Part shown: positions 7,072-16,543 of the stretch, one piece after another
How positions within the stretch are numbered: position 1 is the stretch's first letter
Layout: each line of letters opens with the position of its first letter
Source: a virus
Taxonomy: Duplodnaviria; Heunggongvirae; Uroviricota; Caudoviricetes
Length of the DNA: 25,465 nt
Direction: 5' to 3' (one strand)
Virus record (IMG/VR): IMGVR_UViG_3300047462_000211
Made by a program: the position numbers and the translations under genes
The notes under the pieces: generated by a model
What the model saw: the letters and a program-made list of their open reading frames with translations, nothing else
Database searches by the model: none
Told to the model about the DNA's origin: nothing

Positions 7072-8373
7072 ATGATTACGTTATATGATACAAAAACTCG
7101 CGAGAAACAACTATTTGTGCCTCTCAATCCAGAAAAGATTGGGCTATATTTGTGCGGTCCAACGGTTTATGATTTAGCGCATATTGGTAATGCAAGAAAC
7201 GCGATTGTTTTTGATGTTCTTGTTCGACTATTGAGGAAGTTATATCCAAATTCAGAAATTAAATATGTCAGAAATATCACAGATATTGATGATAAAATCA
7301 ACAATAAAGCTATCGAACTTGGTGTTGATATTTCTGAAATAACATCTAAAACAATTGTTCAATATCATGAAGATATGGCATCTTTATTTGTGTTGCCACC
7401 AGATGTTGAACCAAGAGCAACAGAACATATTGATGAAATGATTATGATAACCGAAAGGCTTATTCACAATCATCATGCTTATGTATCACAAGGTCATGTA
7501 TTATTTGATGTTCATTCAAATCATAATCGTGATGTTTTGACCAAAACCATTACAACAGAACCAGATAATGATTTAACACCAGAATATAAAAAACATATTG
7601 AAGATTTTGTTTTATTTAAACCATCATCTTCTGAATTTCCTGGATGGAATTCTCCTTGGGGTAGAATTCGTCCAGGTTGGCATCTAGAATGTACAGCAAT
7701 GACATGGAAACATCTTGGCTCTGATTTTGATATTCATGGTGGTGGTGTTGATTTAATTTTTCCACATCATGAAAACGAAATTTCTCAATCTTGCTGCGCT
7801 TTTCCTGGTACAAATTATGCAAATTATTGGGTCCACAATCAAATGATTTTGGTTGATGGTAAGAAAATGTCAAAATCTCTTGGCAATTTCAAAACCATTC
7901 GCGATGTTTTAAAAATGGTTCCTGGTGAAGCATTACGGTATTTTATCTTGAAAACTCATTATCGTTCAACATTAGATTTTACAGTTGATAGTTTGTATGA
8001 ATCTAAAAGAGAATTGGATAAATTCTATCGAGTTTTGGAAAACCATGTTCCCAATTCTTTATCATATATTGAACCAGCATTACTTGATGATTTAAATATA
8101 CCATTAATGATTTCTGTAATGCATCAATATGTAAAAGAAAACAAACTTGATGAATTGTATAATGCTGGAAAATTGATTGGGATATTCAATCATACTTCAG
8201 AAGAATGGTTCCGTGGTGATATCGAAACAAGAATTCTTGGTCTGATTGAAGAAAGAAATCAGGCTAGAATTAATAAAGATTTTGCCAAATCTGATGAAAT
8301 AAGAAATCAATTGAAGAATGAAGGTATCATTCTTGAAGATTTATCTACTGGAACAACTTGGAGAAAATCATGA
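7072..8373 (+). CDS. cysS: Cysteinyl-tRNA synthetase
   Basis: YLCGPTVY, HIGNAR (HIGH), RPGWHLEC, DIHGGGVDLIFPHHENE, KMSKSLGN and a C-terminal anticodon-binding domain (...GTTWR). Upstream TTGACA-N18-TACCAT at 7034-7063. Confidence 0.97.
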   Translation: MITLYDTKTREKQLFVPLNPEKIGLYLCGPTVYDLAHIGNARNAIVFDVLVRLLRKLYPNSEIKYVRNITDIDDKINNKAIELGVDISEITSKTIVQYHEDMASLFVLPPDVEPRATEHIDEMIMITERLIHNHHAYVSQGHVLFDVHSNHNRDVLTKTITTEPDNDLTPEYKKHIEDFVLFKPSSSEFPGWNSPWGRIRPGWHLECTAMTWKHLGSDFDIHGGGVDLIFPHHENEISQSCCAFPGTNYANYWVHNQMILVDGKKMSKSLGNFKTIRDVLKMVPGEALRYFILKTHYRSTLDFTVDSLYESKRELDKFYRVLENHVPNSLSYIEPALLDDLNIPLMISVMHQYVKENKLDELYNAGKLIGIFNHTSEEWFRGDIETRILGLIEERNQARINKDFAKSDEIRNQLKNEGIILEDLSTGTTWRKS

Positions 8374-8585
8374 CTTTAAATCTTTTAGCAAGATATTATT
8401 TAAAATTATCGGAAGCGGAATATGCATTAAAACAAGTCGATGATTTTGATTTACAATCTGAAATACCAGAAAGTTGTAATCAATTCAATAAGTTGCAAGA
8501 AGAAAGCGCAAAACAACAATTAAATCTAATTGATTTTGTTGTGAAACATTCTACTGAATTAAAACATGAAATCAATAAAATATAA
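8370..8585 (+). CDS. Hypothetical helical protein
   Basis: ATG 8370 overlaps the cysS TGA (ATGA) and is preferred over the TTG at 8358. Confidence 0.7.
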   Translation: MTLNLLARYYLKLSEAEYALKQVDDFDLQSEIPESCNQFNKLQEESAKQQLNLIDFVVKHSTELKHEINKI

Positions 8586-8599
8586 AGGAGATTAACACA

Positions 8600-8905
8600 A
8601 TGATGATGTTTTTAAGCATACTAAATCAACATTTTGATGCTATTTTTATAACTGTTGGTTTGATGATTTTTATTTTGTGTGACATTAAATCATCGAAATC
8701 AAAAATTCGTCTTGGTAAAACAAAACCAACAAAATTATACATAGGAATTAGTTTAACTACTGACGCCGTAAAAGAACGTGCTGAATTAGTACGATTAATC
8801 AGATGTGTAGCAGACAGGCTTGAAGAAGAACCAGAAAAACCAACTATGAATGCACAGATATTAGATTACAATAATGCACCAGTTGGTAAAGCATTGCTTT
8901 ATTAA
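8600..8905 (+). CDS. Hypothetical protein with one N-terminal TM segment
   Basis: SD AAGGAG; hydrophobic AIFITVGLMIFILC followed by a basic stretch. Confidence 0.7.
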   Translation: MMMFLSILNQHFDAIFITVGLMIFILCDIKSSKSKIRLGKTKPTKLYIGISLTTDAVKERAELVRLIRCVADRLEEEPEKPTMNAQILDYNNAPVGKALLY

Positions 8906-8907
8906 AT

Positions 8908-9417
8908 TCATCGCCATCCGTTTTTCCAATTTAATGTTTTTCCATTAAATTTTAATGTTGGAATAATAATTACACCACTCCAAAATTCCACATCAATATT
9001 TGCTTCTTTAAAAAAATCAAAAGCCATTTGTTGTGATTCTTTTATCGTTATCGAATCATGAATTGGTGCATCTTTGTGAACGATTACTTTTTTAATACCA
9101 CTTTGAATAATTGCCCTGGCACATTCTGCACAAGGTGCCCAAGTTACATATATCAAGCAATTATCACATGATATCCCATTTCTTGCGCAATTATAAATTG
9201 CGTTGCGTTCTGCATGTTCCATTGCAAAATGCTTGTACGGTTTTTCATATATTTTTGGATTGGTATCATCAACACCACGCAACGGACCATTATATCCGCG
9301 CATGATGCTGATTTTATCTCGAACAATTACTGCACCAACTTGTGTTGAAAGGTCTTTTGATTTTGAAGCATAAAGATATGCTTCATTCATAAACAATTCA
9401 TCAAAAGTATCAATCAC
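8908..9417 (-). CDS. cd: dCMP deaminase
   Basis: TQVGAVIV, GYNG, HAERNAI and PCAECARAI zinc-deaminase motifs; GTG start. Confidence 0.9.
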   Translation of the reverse strand: MIDTFDELFMNEAYLYASKSKDLSTQVGAVIVRDKISIMRGYNGPLRGVDDTNPKIYEKPYKHFAMEHAERNAIYNCARNGISCDNCLIYVTWAPCAECARAIIQSGIKKVIVHKDAPIHDSITIKESQQMAFDFFKEANIDVEFWSGVIIIPTLKFNGKTLNWKNGWR

Positions 9418-9420
9418 AAA

Positions 9421-10719
9421 TTATAAGCCTTTTAGAAGGTTTGAAATATTTTCTGGCGCATCATTACCAAAAAGATTTAAAACAGGCTGTACAGGCTCTT
9501 GTGGCGTTTCTACAGGGGTTTCAGGCGTTGGTTCAACATTGCTATCACTAACCGCAACTTCTCCAATTGATGTATCAATTAATTCAACATTTTCATTCGA
9601 ATCAGTTTGCGCATAAAAACCAGTATTTGGCGGAACCAATTCATCATTTTCAACTGTAAAACCATTATATTTTTTTGCAGCAGAAATAATACCTTCTAAT
9701 TCTTCAACTTTGGCTTTTTTGCGCAATGCTTCCAATTCAGCTTTATGAAATTTTTCCATTTCTTCGTCTGTCGGAATTGTTGGCGGCGGAACAAAATAAT
9801 AATCTTCCATTACACAGGAAGAATTATCGTCATCTTCATCTTCATCTTCATTTCCCATCACATCCCAACGTGAATCATCTTCTGTTTTATAAAATTCAGT
9901 TTCATTAAATACAGCTTTAGACCCAAGAATATCGTCTTTATCTGAACCAGTATATTCAGAAACCACAAGATATTCACAACATCTAACTTTTGCGGCGTTA
10001 TGGTCAACAGGAACAGACACAACATCTTTTGGATTAACTTTAACGATTACAATTTTATTTCCGCCACCAACACCAAATGATGGCAAATAACTCATTGAAC
10101 AAAAATGCAAACCAGATGAACAAGTATCATTCGGATTATCAGAAACTTTATTACGTGGCATTGTAACAACAGTACCAGGGCTATTATCCATGGTTCTCGT
10201 ATGCAAATCTTTGAAATTTTCTGTTACACGTTTATAACCAAGAATAAAACCATCTTCAGTTATTCCCATTTTATGACGTTCAATAAAATCAAATAATTGT
10301 TCAATTGAACGATGGGATGTATTTTGCATCAAATTCTTTAAGAAATTTACATAAGGGTCCATATCAAACCCTTCTGAAATTCCCCAAATAATTCTATTCG
10401 TTAAAGTATTGTTGATTGGCGAGCCTTCATAATAAAGAACACCATTTTCAATGGTAACTTCACCAGAAGCGATAATTTTTTTAATTGGTGCAATCAAATT
10501 TTCTAATTCTTCAAAAGCAAAAAGAACACCGACGTGGTTTTCAACGGCATCATCAAGTTCAACATCTTCATATAATGTATCTTTAATAAGATTTTGAATT
10601 TCTTTGATTTTTTCTTTTGCTAAAAGAAAATTATCATGACTTGAAGTAACTGTTTGTGTTTTTCCTTCTAGATTTGTGAAGGTAAGAGATGATGGTGTAA
10701 TTAAAAATCCAAATGCCAT
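9421..10719 (-). CDS. rIIB: rIIB-like protein with an acidic C-terminal extension
   Basis: GYKRV...MPRNKVSDNPNDTCSSGLHFCS...VKVNPKDVVSVPVD...KVRCCEYLVV. ATG 10719 with SD aagga is preferred over 10749. Confidence 0.9.
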   Translation of the reverse strand: MAFGFLITPSSLTFTNLEGKTQTVTSSHDNFLLAKEKIKEIQNLIKDTLYEDVELDDAVENHVGVLFAFEELENLIAPIKKIIASGEVTIENGVLYYEGSPINNTLTNRIIWGISEGFDMDPYVNFLKNLMQNTSHRSIEQLFDFIERHKMGITEDGFILGYKRVTENFKDLHTRTMDNSPGTVVTMPRNKVSDNPNDTCSSGLHFCSMSYLPSFGVGGGNKIVIVKVNPKDVVSVPVDHNAAKVRCCEYLVVSEYTGSDKDDILGSKAVFNETEFYKTEDDSRWDVMGNEDEDEDDDNSSCVMEDYYFVPPPTIPTDEEMEKFHKAELEALRKKAKVEELEGIISAAKKYNGFTVENDELVPPNTGFYAQTDSNENVELIDTSIGEVAVSDSNVEPTPETPVETPQEPVQPVLNLFGNDAPENISNLLKGL

Positions 10720-10720
10720 T

Positions 10721-12742
10721 TTAAGTTCCTTTTTTGTCGCACATTTCAATGTAGTCTTTTACTTGTGTAGATGATGCTTGTCTTATATAACCTAACAATG
10801 GATATAATCCATTTATTTTTTTTAGAAATTCTTCAGTTTCTTTTTTAGAACTAATTATTTTCTTGTTTTCTATTTTTAACAATAATGCAGCGTCTTCAAT
10901 ATATGCATTTTGCTGATTTTTATTTTTTAATATTGTTTTGCTCATTTTTTTAGCAAAATGATTTACATCTAATAAACTATTAGAAAGCAATTCTAAATTT
11001 CTTTCATCGCAATTCGTTAAATCGTAAATGAAAAAATCATGTTTCTGATAATATTCATGTATTTTATCTTTTAATACGTCATTAAAAGATATCAATTTTG
11101 TTTTTAGTTCATTTTCTATTTTTTTTGTTTTAACAATAATTTGATAATCCAAGAAAAAATGTCTAACTATTTCATTAAAAACATCTTTTCTATATGTTAC
11201 GTCATCTACTTTGACATTATGATACACAGATGATTTTTCTGTAATATACAAAATAGGTTTAGATACATCCAAAATAGTTGAAAGAAATCTTTCCTTAGTA
11301 AAATAATAAACTGATGCTTGTAATTTATATGTTGGATTTCTTTTTTCTGTTGGTTTTTTGTCCCATTCAGCAACATTTCCAACATCATATCCAGTATATT
11401 TTTTAATAAATTTATCTATAGTTTCTTTGTTTCCTCGCAATATTGAGATTGGTGTTTGTTTAGTTTGTAATCTATAATAAATTTTTCCAATATTACCTTT
11501 TTCATTATTATCAACTGCTAAATTAGCATCGATACTTAATGTGTATGCTGGACTTTTTGTGTTATAGTGATTTATCAATACTTTTTTAAATGTATAAAAA
11601 GTATATTTTTTTCTTTTTCTGCCATTACGATTTTCATAATGCTGGATTTCCAAATCAGGAAAATCATCATCAAAATTGACATATTCGTTTTCAGAATTTA
11701 TTACCATATCATTATATTTGAAAATAGTTTTGAAAACATCTTTGCCACCACAATTTTCAATATATTCTTTATATAATTGATGTGCATTTTTTAAAGATGC
11801 GGCGTTTTTAATTTTATCTTCTGCAACTTTTTCATATTCTTTATGAATATTATCTAATGCATTTTTTAACCATTCGATAGTTCTTTTATCATATGATAAT
11901 TCTTCTCTACCAGCGGTAATATCTACATCACCAATATTAGCTTGGATTACAAAAGCTTTTCTATTACCGTGAAATTGTTGATAATAACTAAATTTTTCAA
12001 TGAATTTATTTGAAACCTGATTCTTATCAAGAGGATAAGCAATATTACCCATAACAATACAATTTTGATTAGAAAAATTATAATCAACAACTGACCAATT
12101 GGTTCCAGACAAATTTGCATTCATTTCTGGATAAATTAATAAATTAGATTTTGGTTTTACAGGAAACCATCTGAATATAAGATTTGCTTCAAGATTAAAA
12201 GTAGAAAAATCAATTTGATTAACAGGAACAATAACTTCCAAACCAGATGGTTCAGAAGATTTTTGTATATGAATCAAATTTAAAGACGGATTGCCAGTTT
12301 CATCCAAAGCAGCAACATAAGTTGATTTAATACCATTATGTCTGGAAATCGTTGTATATGAATCAACATAAGAAAAAGGCGATTTAGAACCTAATCCCAA
12401 AGCACCAATATAATCATCTGATTCAGATTTTGTTGATAAAAAATACGTTGTGTATATTTCTTCAATTGCATCTTTATCTAATCCAGGACCAAAATCTCTT
12501 ACACCAAAATGCGGTTCTAAACTATTAGGTAAATGGATTTCAAAAGGTAAATCTTTTTTACCAACAGAAATATGAGCATCATAAGCATTACAACCAAGTT
12601 CTCTTACTATGGCTTTGATTTTATTTTTGTATAATGATGAAGATAAAATCTTAAAAGCTTTTGAAGTAGCTCTAATCGTGTAATTCTTAGTTGATTGAAT
12701 ACCGTGTGATTCAATTTCTCTTGTTTCAACACCTAATCTCAT
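10721..12742 (-). CDS. rIIA: rIIA-like protein (N-terminal GHKL ATPase)
   Basis: IVRELGCNAYDAH, RDFGPGL, YFLSTK and IGALGLGSKSPFSY; directly upstream of rIIB. Confidence 0.92.
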   Translation of the reverse strand: MRLGVETREIESHGIQSTKNYTIRATSKAFKILSSSLYKNKIKAIVRELGCNAYDAHISVGKKDLPFEIHLPNSLEPHFGVRDFGPGLDKDAIEEIYTTYFLSTKSESDDYIGALGLGSKSPFSYVDSYTTISRHNGIKSTYVAALDETGNPSLNLIHIQKSSEPSGLEVIVPVNQIDFSTFNLEANLIFRWFPVKPKSNLLIYPEMNANLSGTNWSVVDYNFSNQNCIVMGNIAYPLDKNQVSNKFIEKFSYYQQFHGNRKAFVIQANIGDVDITAGREELSYDKRTIEWLKNALDNIHKEYEKVAEDKIKNAASLKNAHQLYKEYIENCGGKDVFKTIFKYNDMVINSENEYVNFDDDFPDLEIQHYENRNGRKRKKYTFYTFKKVLINHYNTKSPAYTLSIDANLAVDNNEKGNIGKIYYRLQTKQTPISILRGNKETIDKFIKKYTGYDVGNVAEWDKKPTEKRNPTYKLQASVYYFTKERFLSTILDVSKPILYITEKSSVYHNVKVDDVTYRKDVFNEIVRHFFLDYQIIVKTKKIENELKTKLISFNDVLKDKIHEYYQKHDFFIYDLTNCDERNLELLSNSLLDVNHFAKKMSKTILKNKNQQNAYIEDAALLLKIENKKIISSKKETEEFLKKINGLYPLLGYIRQASSTQVKDYIEMCDKKGT

Positions 12743-12829
12743 ACTTAAAATATCTCCAATTCAAGAGATGTTTTATTCATATAAACTCATTATTTCAATA
12801 ATTATTTGCCCCCAGTTGCCTAATACCTG

Positions 12830-12857
12830 ATTATAGGTAATGTCACTTTTGTCTCAA
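12830..12857 (-). promoter_or_regulatory. Sigma70-like promoter for rIIA-rIIB-cd
   Basis: Minus strand TTGAGA-N16-TATAAT. Confidence 0.55.
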
Positions 12858-12964
12858 ATAAAATTCCATAGATATATACTACATATTATTAAAATAATGA
12901 CAAAAATATTTTGACAAAATTAAATAAAGAACTATTTTTAGAAAGATTTTGCCTTAATTTTGCC

Positions 12965-14095
12965 TTATTTTTTTAAGTTTGTGAGAATATCTGTGATATC
13001 TTTTCCGGTTCTTTGATATTCGATTAATTCATCATCTTCGTAAATGGCAAAATCCATCCAATCTTGTAAAACCATTCCGTTATTTTTTTCTACATGGACT
13101 TGAATTCTTTTCATTGGACATTCTTTTGACAATGAATTTACACTAATTAAAAATGTTGCCAATTCTGTTTTGTTAAAAATATCTCTAATGTCTGAACCAA
13201 TCAAAACAGATTTTTGTTTATTGTAATAAACACTAAAAGGTTCATTGACAAAAGTTATTTTAAAATTTTTGTCAAAACAAACTATCATATCTATGTTGTT
13301 TGATTTTGAAGCATCTAATGGTTTTGTGCCTCTAATATCTTTAATATTGATTAAAGATGCTTCTCTATCATTCCAAGTAATATCTGCACCAGACAGAACG
13401 AATTCTATTGTCCCTGAATTGCCGTTTACTTCAACAATTTCTCCTGCTGATAATTTTATACTTTCTAAACTAATTGTGTTGTTTAAAATATCTTTGGCGG
13501 TTTTATTTGATGCGACAATTTCATTATCTTGTAAAATAACAATACCATCAATACATTCATTGAATAATATTTGATATCTATGTTGTATTTCAATATTTGT
13601 TTTTTTGATTTTATTTTCTTCGCTTATATCTTTTATTAGAATCAAAAATAATTTACTACCATCTGATTTTGTCATGGTTTCCAATTTAACATCTATTGGA
13701 AAACTTTCACCATTTTGACGAAGACCTTTGGTTGTTGGTTTTACAACATCATGCCAAAAATCCTCTGTATATAATGAAAATAGGATTTTTATATTTTTCT
13801 TTAAAAGATTAGATGATGTGGTGGCGAATATATTTTCAGTTGCTTGATTTAAAGCAAGAATTGTTCCAGATTCATCACAAACAATAAGAGAATCTTTTAT
13901 GATTTTCATAGTTGTTTCAAATTGTTTGATAGAATCTTCAAGATGCTTTTTTAAAGCAGCCGTCACATATGATGCTGCATCAGCAGTTGTGATGGATGCT
14001 TCTAATAATGCTAATTGACTGGCAGAAATTTTTCTATTCTGTTCTTCTTCAATTCGCTCTTGTTCAATTTTCTTTTTAGATTTCCAAAAAAACAT
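12965..14095 (-). CDS. Stand-alone multi-PAS protein (three PAS-like domains, no output domain)
   Basis: PAS1: DSLIVCDESGTILALNQATENIF...GLRQNGESFPIDV...IKDISE. PAS2: RYQILFNECIDGIVILQD...IKDI. PAS3: DMIVCFDKNFKITFVN...GKDITD, followed by a stop. Confidence 0.85.
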   Translation of the reverse strand: MFFWKSKKKIEQERIEEEQNRKISASQLALLEASITTADAASYVTAALKKHLEDSIKQFETTMKIIKDSLIVCDESGTILALNQATENIFATTSSNLLKKNIKILFSLYTEDFWHDVVKPTTKGLRQNGESFPIDVKLETMTKSDGSKLFLILIKDISEENKIKKTNIEIQHRYQILFNECIDGIVILQDNEIVASNKTAKDILNNTISLESIKLSAGEIVEVNGNSGTIEFVLSGADITWNDREASLINIKDIRGTKPLDASKSNNIDMIVCFDKNFKITFVNEPFSVYYNKQKSVLIGSDIRDIFNKTELATFLISVNSLSKECPMKRIQVHVEKNNGMVLQDWMDFAIYEDDELIEYQRTGKDITDILTNLKK

Positions 14096-14343
14096 TATAA
14101 TTTTCCACGAATTTCATATAATACATTTTTCAAATTATTTAGAGCTTCAGTAAGTGAAATATTTCCTTTGTAATATGAATCAACAATGTTAGAAATTTTT
14201 TCATCTTTGTTGTGTAATTCTTTTAAAATTCTTGTTCTATCATAAAGCAATCCAATAATAAAAAGAATTAGAATTATGATAATGGCATGTGGACCACCAC
14301 CCAAAATATCACTGATTAAAGTTACTATGCTGCCTAAGTCCAC
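14095..14343 (-). CDS. Single-TM membrane protein (holin/antiholin-like candidate)
   Basis: GGGPHAIIIILILFIIGLLYDR followed by an amphipathic helix; GTG start with SD agga; TAATG-coupled to the PAS gene. Confidence 0.8.
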   Translation of the reverse strand: MDLGSIVTLISDILGGGPHAIIIILILFIIGLLYDRTRILKELHNKDEKISNIVDSYYKGNISLTEALNNLKNVLYEIRGKL

Positions 14344-14375
14344 GTCAAATATCCTAAATTATTTTTTTTCTTTTG

Positions 14376-14382
14376 TATTTAG
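14376..14382 (-). promoter_or_regulatory. Late-type motif CTAAATA upstream of the TM-PAS operon
   Basis: Minus strand aaCTAAATAca, 32 nt upstream of GTG 14343. Confidence 0.45.
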
Positions 14383-14495
14383 TTAAAAAATTTGACGAAA
14401 ATATGGACCTTTAATTCTTTAATAAAATAACAGAATAACTTTTTTTACCATAAATTATCGAATAACCTAATCTTTCGTCGCAACATATTCTGTAC

Positions 14496-14633
14496 TCAGG
14501 GGATTTGCTCATTTGCGGTCCTCTCTCTCTCAATACCATATCCTTCATCAATACCAATTTCGTATTTTTCACCATTAGGTGTATCAAAAACGCCATACCA
14601 TGATTTTACAGAAACCCCATAAAATAATTTCAT
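14496..14633 (-). CDS. Possible 45-aa ORF (MKLFYGVSVKSWYGVFDTPNGEKYEIGIDEGYGIERERTANEQIP)
   Basis: Starts 8 nt after the upstream stop and has protein-like composition. It is an alternative frame to the tracked 14411..14596 ORF. Confidence 0.4.
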   Translation of the reverse strand: MKLFYGVSVKSWYGVFDTPNGEKYEIGIDEGYGIERERTANEQIP

Positions 14634-14641
14634 GCATATAT

Positions 14642-14959
14642 TTATATGACACACAATTTAAATAAACATGCTTGTTCTTTGTTTTCAAAACAGAATTTAA
14701 TCCCTAACAATTGATTCTTCATAGAATATAATCCAGTGTTGTTTTTTACTTTTCCAAACATTTTAACAGTTATATTATTTTCTTGAATATATTTTTCAAA
14801 AATATTAATATCAAAATTTGTTAAATCTCTTAATGCAAAATACAATTTACTTTCATCTGTTTTTTTATAAGCAAAACCATCAATATTAAATGGTATGTGT
14901 TTTGATTTTAAACAAGTAACTAAATCCTCTAATGATAGTTCAAATTCTAATATAGCCAT
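14642..14959 (-). CDS. Hypothetical protein with the C-terminal F-x-N...FKL motif
   Basis: Ends FCFENKEQACLFKLCVI, like the ORFs at 24170 and 24597; ATG 14959 with SD aagga. Confidence 0.7.
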   Translation of the reverse strand: MAILEFELSLEDLVTCLKSKHIPFNIDGFAYKKTDESKLYFALRDLTNFDINIFEKYIQENNITVKMFGKVKNNTGLYSMKNQLLGIKFCFENKEQACLFKLCVI

Positions 14960-15007
14960 TATCAATCCTTTAAGCAGGAGTTGATTATAGCATAAAGATA
15001 TATCACT

Positions 15008-16543
15008 TCACAATTTTAAGACCGAGTAAAAATGAAAATCAACGTCATCTATGTTGTTGTATATTTTACTTAAGTGTTTTTTAAATTCTTCTTTTGAAAG
15101 TTCAGCAAATCTAACAGAAACATAATTATGCAAAAGAACTAATTCACCAGCAAGGTCTTTTATCTGAAACCCTAAAGCATTTTCAACATGCTGATGTATC
15201 GCCTCATCCGAACGCCATACATATAAATTACCTTTCAAATCCATTATACCACGAAGTTCATGATATTTTGTATAATGAAGTAAATCATAAAATTGTAATT
15301 TGGATGGATTGGTCCAAACATCTACAGGATATTCATGACCTTGTGATTTTACAGTTATTGTTTCTTTACTTTCAACAAGACGCAATCTATCATTATACAA
15401 ATAAAAATCCCAATCACCATATGCATTTTTTATTGCTGGAATGTTTTTAAATTCTTTTTTTACAGGATTTTGATTAACTCTAAATGAAATTCTAACTTCT
15501 TTACGAGACATGTAAAATGAATAAACATCATGAATTCCTAATTTTACAATAACGTCATCATGTATAGCCACTCTTGAATCCCAAACATAAAGATTTTGAA
15601 AATCATCTATAACACCACGCAATTCTCCATGTTTTTCAATTAGTTTTTTAAATTGCTCATGAGATGGGTCAATGTAAACAGTAACTTTATCATTCCATGA
15701 ACTGTAAACCGTTTCCGTTCTTTCATTTAAATATTCATTTGGAAACCATCCTGATGGTGGATTGCCTGGATATTTTCCATCCCAATCATCTATGTCTGTA
15801 ATTAAAATTTTAATCATTGATGGTGGCACAATATGATTTATTTGCTCTTCATATCGTATTGGATGTTGAATTAACCAATTTGAAGGTATCGTCAATTCCA
15901 AAATACTCAAAGGAATATCTTCTAATTCATCACCTAACCAATTGGTTAATGCATCTTCCATTGAAATAGAATCAGGAAAAACAAAAAGTGATTTATGTTT
16001 TTCTTTAGCACTTTTACTTCTTTTTCCGATTTGTGGAAGTAATCCTTGTTTCATAATTTTTGCAACATTGACGGAAGGTGTAATATGCCAAACTTTCCGC
16101 ATTGGCTCAATTTCTTCGTTGACTATATCAGAAAATGGTCCGTCAATATCCAAATCATCAAGATTATTGCTTGGTAAAATTCTTTTTATTGATGGTATTT
16201 CAATAAGTTTTTGTAAAAATTCTTTCTTTTTTTCTTTGAAAAAATTATAATCAAGTCGTTTATCAGATGGTGTAATATAAATGTATCCCCCATCATTCAT
16301 AAATAACAAATTAAATAATGGGTTTTCTATACCCATAAGTCTGGTAATTTTTTCATGAACTGCTAATCTTGCTTGCCAAATATACAAATTATTATATTCA
16401 TCCAAAATACCACGCAATTCATCGGTTTCTTTAAAAGCATTTAAAAATTGATTAAGAGTAGGATTTTGACAAACAAATATTTCTTTTGAACCAGCATCAA
16501 CTTTTTCAATTCTACCTTCAATTAAGTTGATTAAATCACGCAT
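15008..16543 (-). CDS. Modular protein: three copies of an ELRG...LYxW...AxH domain plus one H-type ART-like domain
   Basis: Repeats at about aa 10-125, 275-385 and 392-511. Domain aa 148-248 has WHIT...IMKQGLLP...LFVF...YEEQI...VPPSMIKI. Confidence 0.8.
   Translation of the reverse strand: MRDLINLIEGRIEKVDAGSKEIFVCQNPTLNQFLNAFKETDELRGILDEYNNLYIWQARLAVHEKITRLMGIENPLFNLLFMNDGGYIYITPSDKRLDYNFFKEKKKEFLQKLIEIPSIKRILPSNNLDDLDIDGPFSDIVNEEIEPMRKVWHITPSVNVAKIMKQGLLPQIGKRSKSAKEKHKSLFVFPDSISMEDALTNWLGDELEDIPLSILELTIPSNWLIQHPIRYEEQINHIVPPSMIKILITDIDDWDGKYPGNPPSGWFPNEYLNERTETVYSSWNDKVTVYIDPSHEQFKKLIEKHGELRGVIDDFQNLYVWDSRVAIHDDVIVKLGIHDVYSFYMSRKEVRISFRVNQNPVKKEFKNIPAIKNAYGDWDFYLYNDRLRLVESKETITVKSQGHEYPVDVWTNPSKLQFYDLLHYTKYHELRGIMDLKGNLYVWRSDEAIHQHVENALGFQIKDLAGELVLLHNYVSVRFAELSKEEFKKHLSKIYNNIDDVDFHFYSVLKL

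Noticed and set aside
12898-12920. Direct repeat tgacaaaa with a plus-strand TTGACA facing the PAS gene
   Set aside because: No convincing -10 at proper spacing, and such matches are expected in AT-rich DNA. An antisense promoter cannot be supported.
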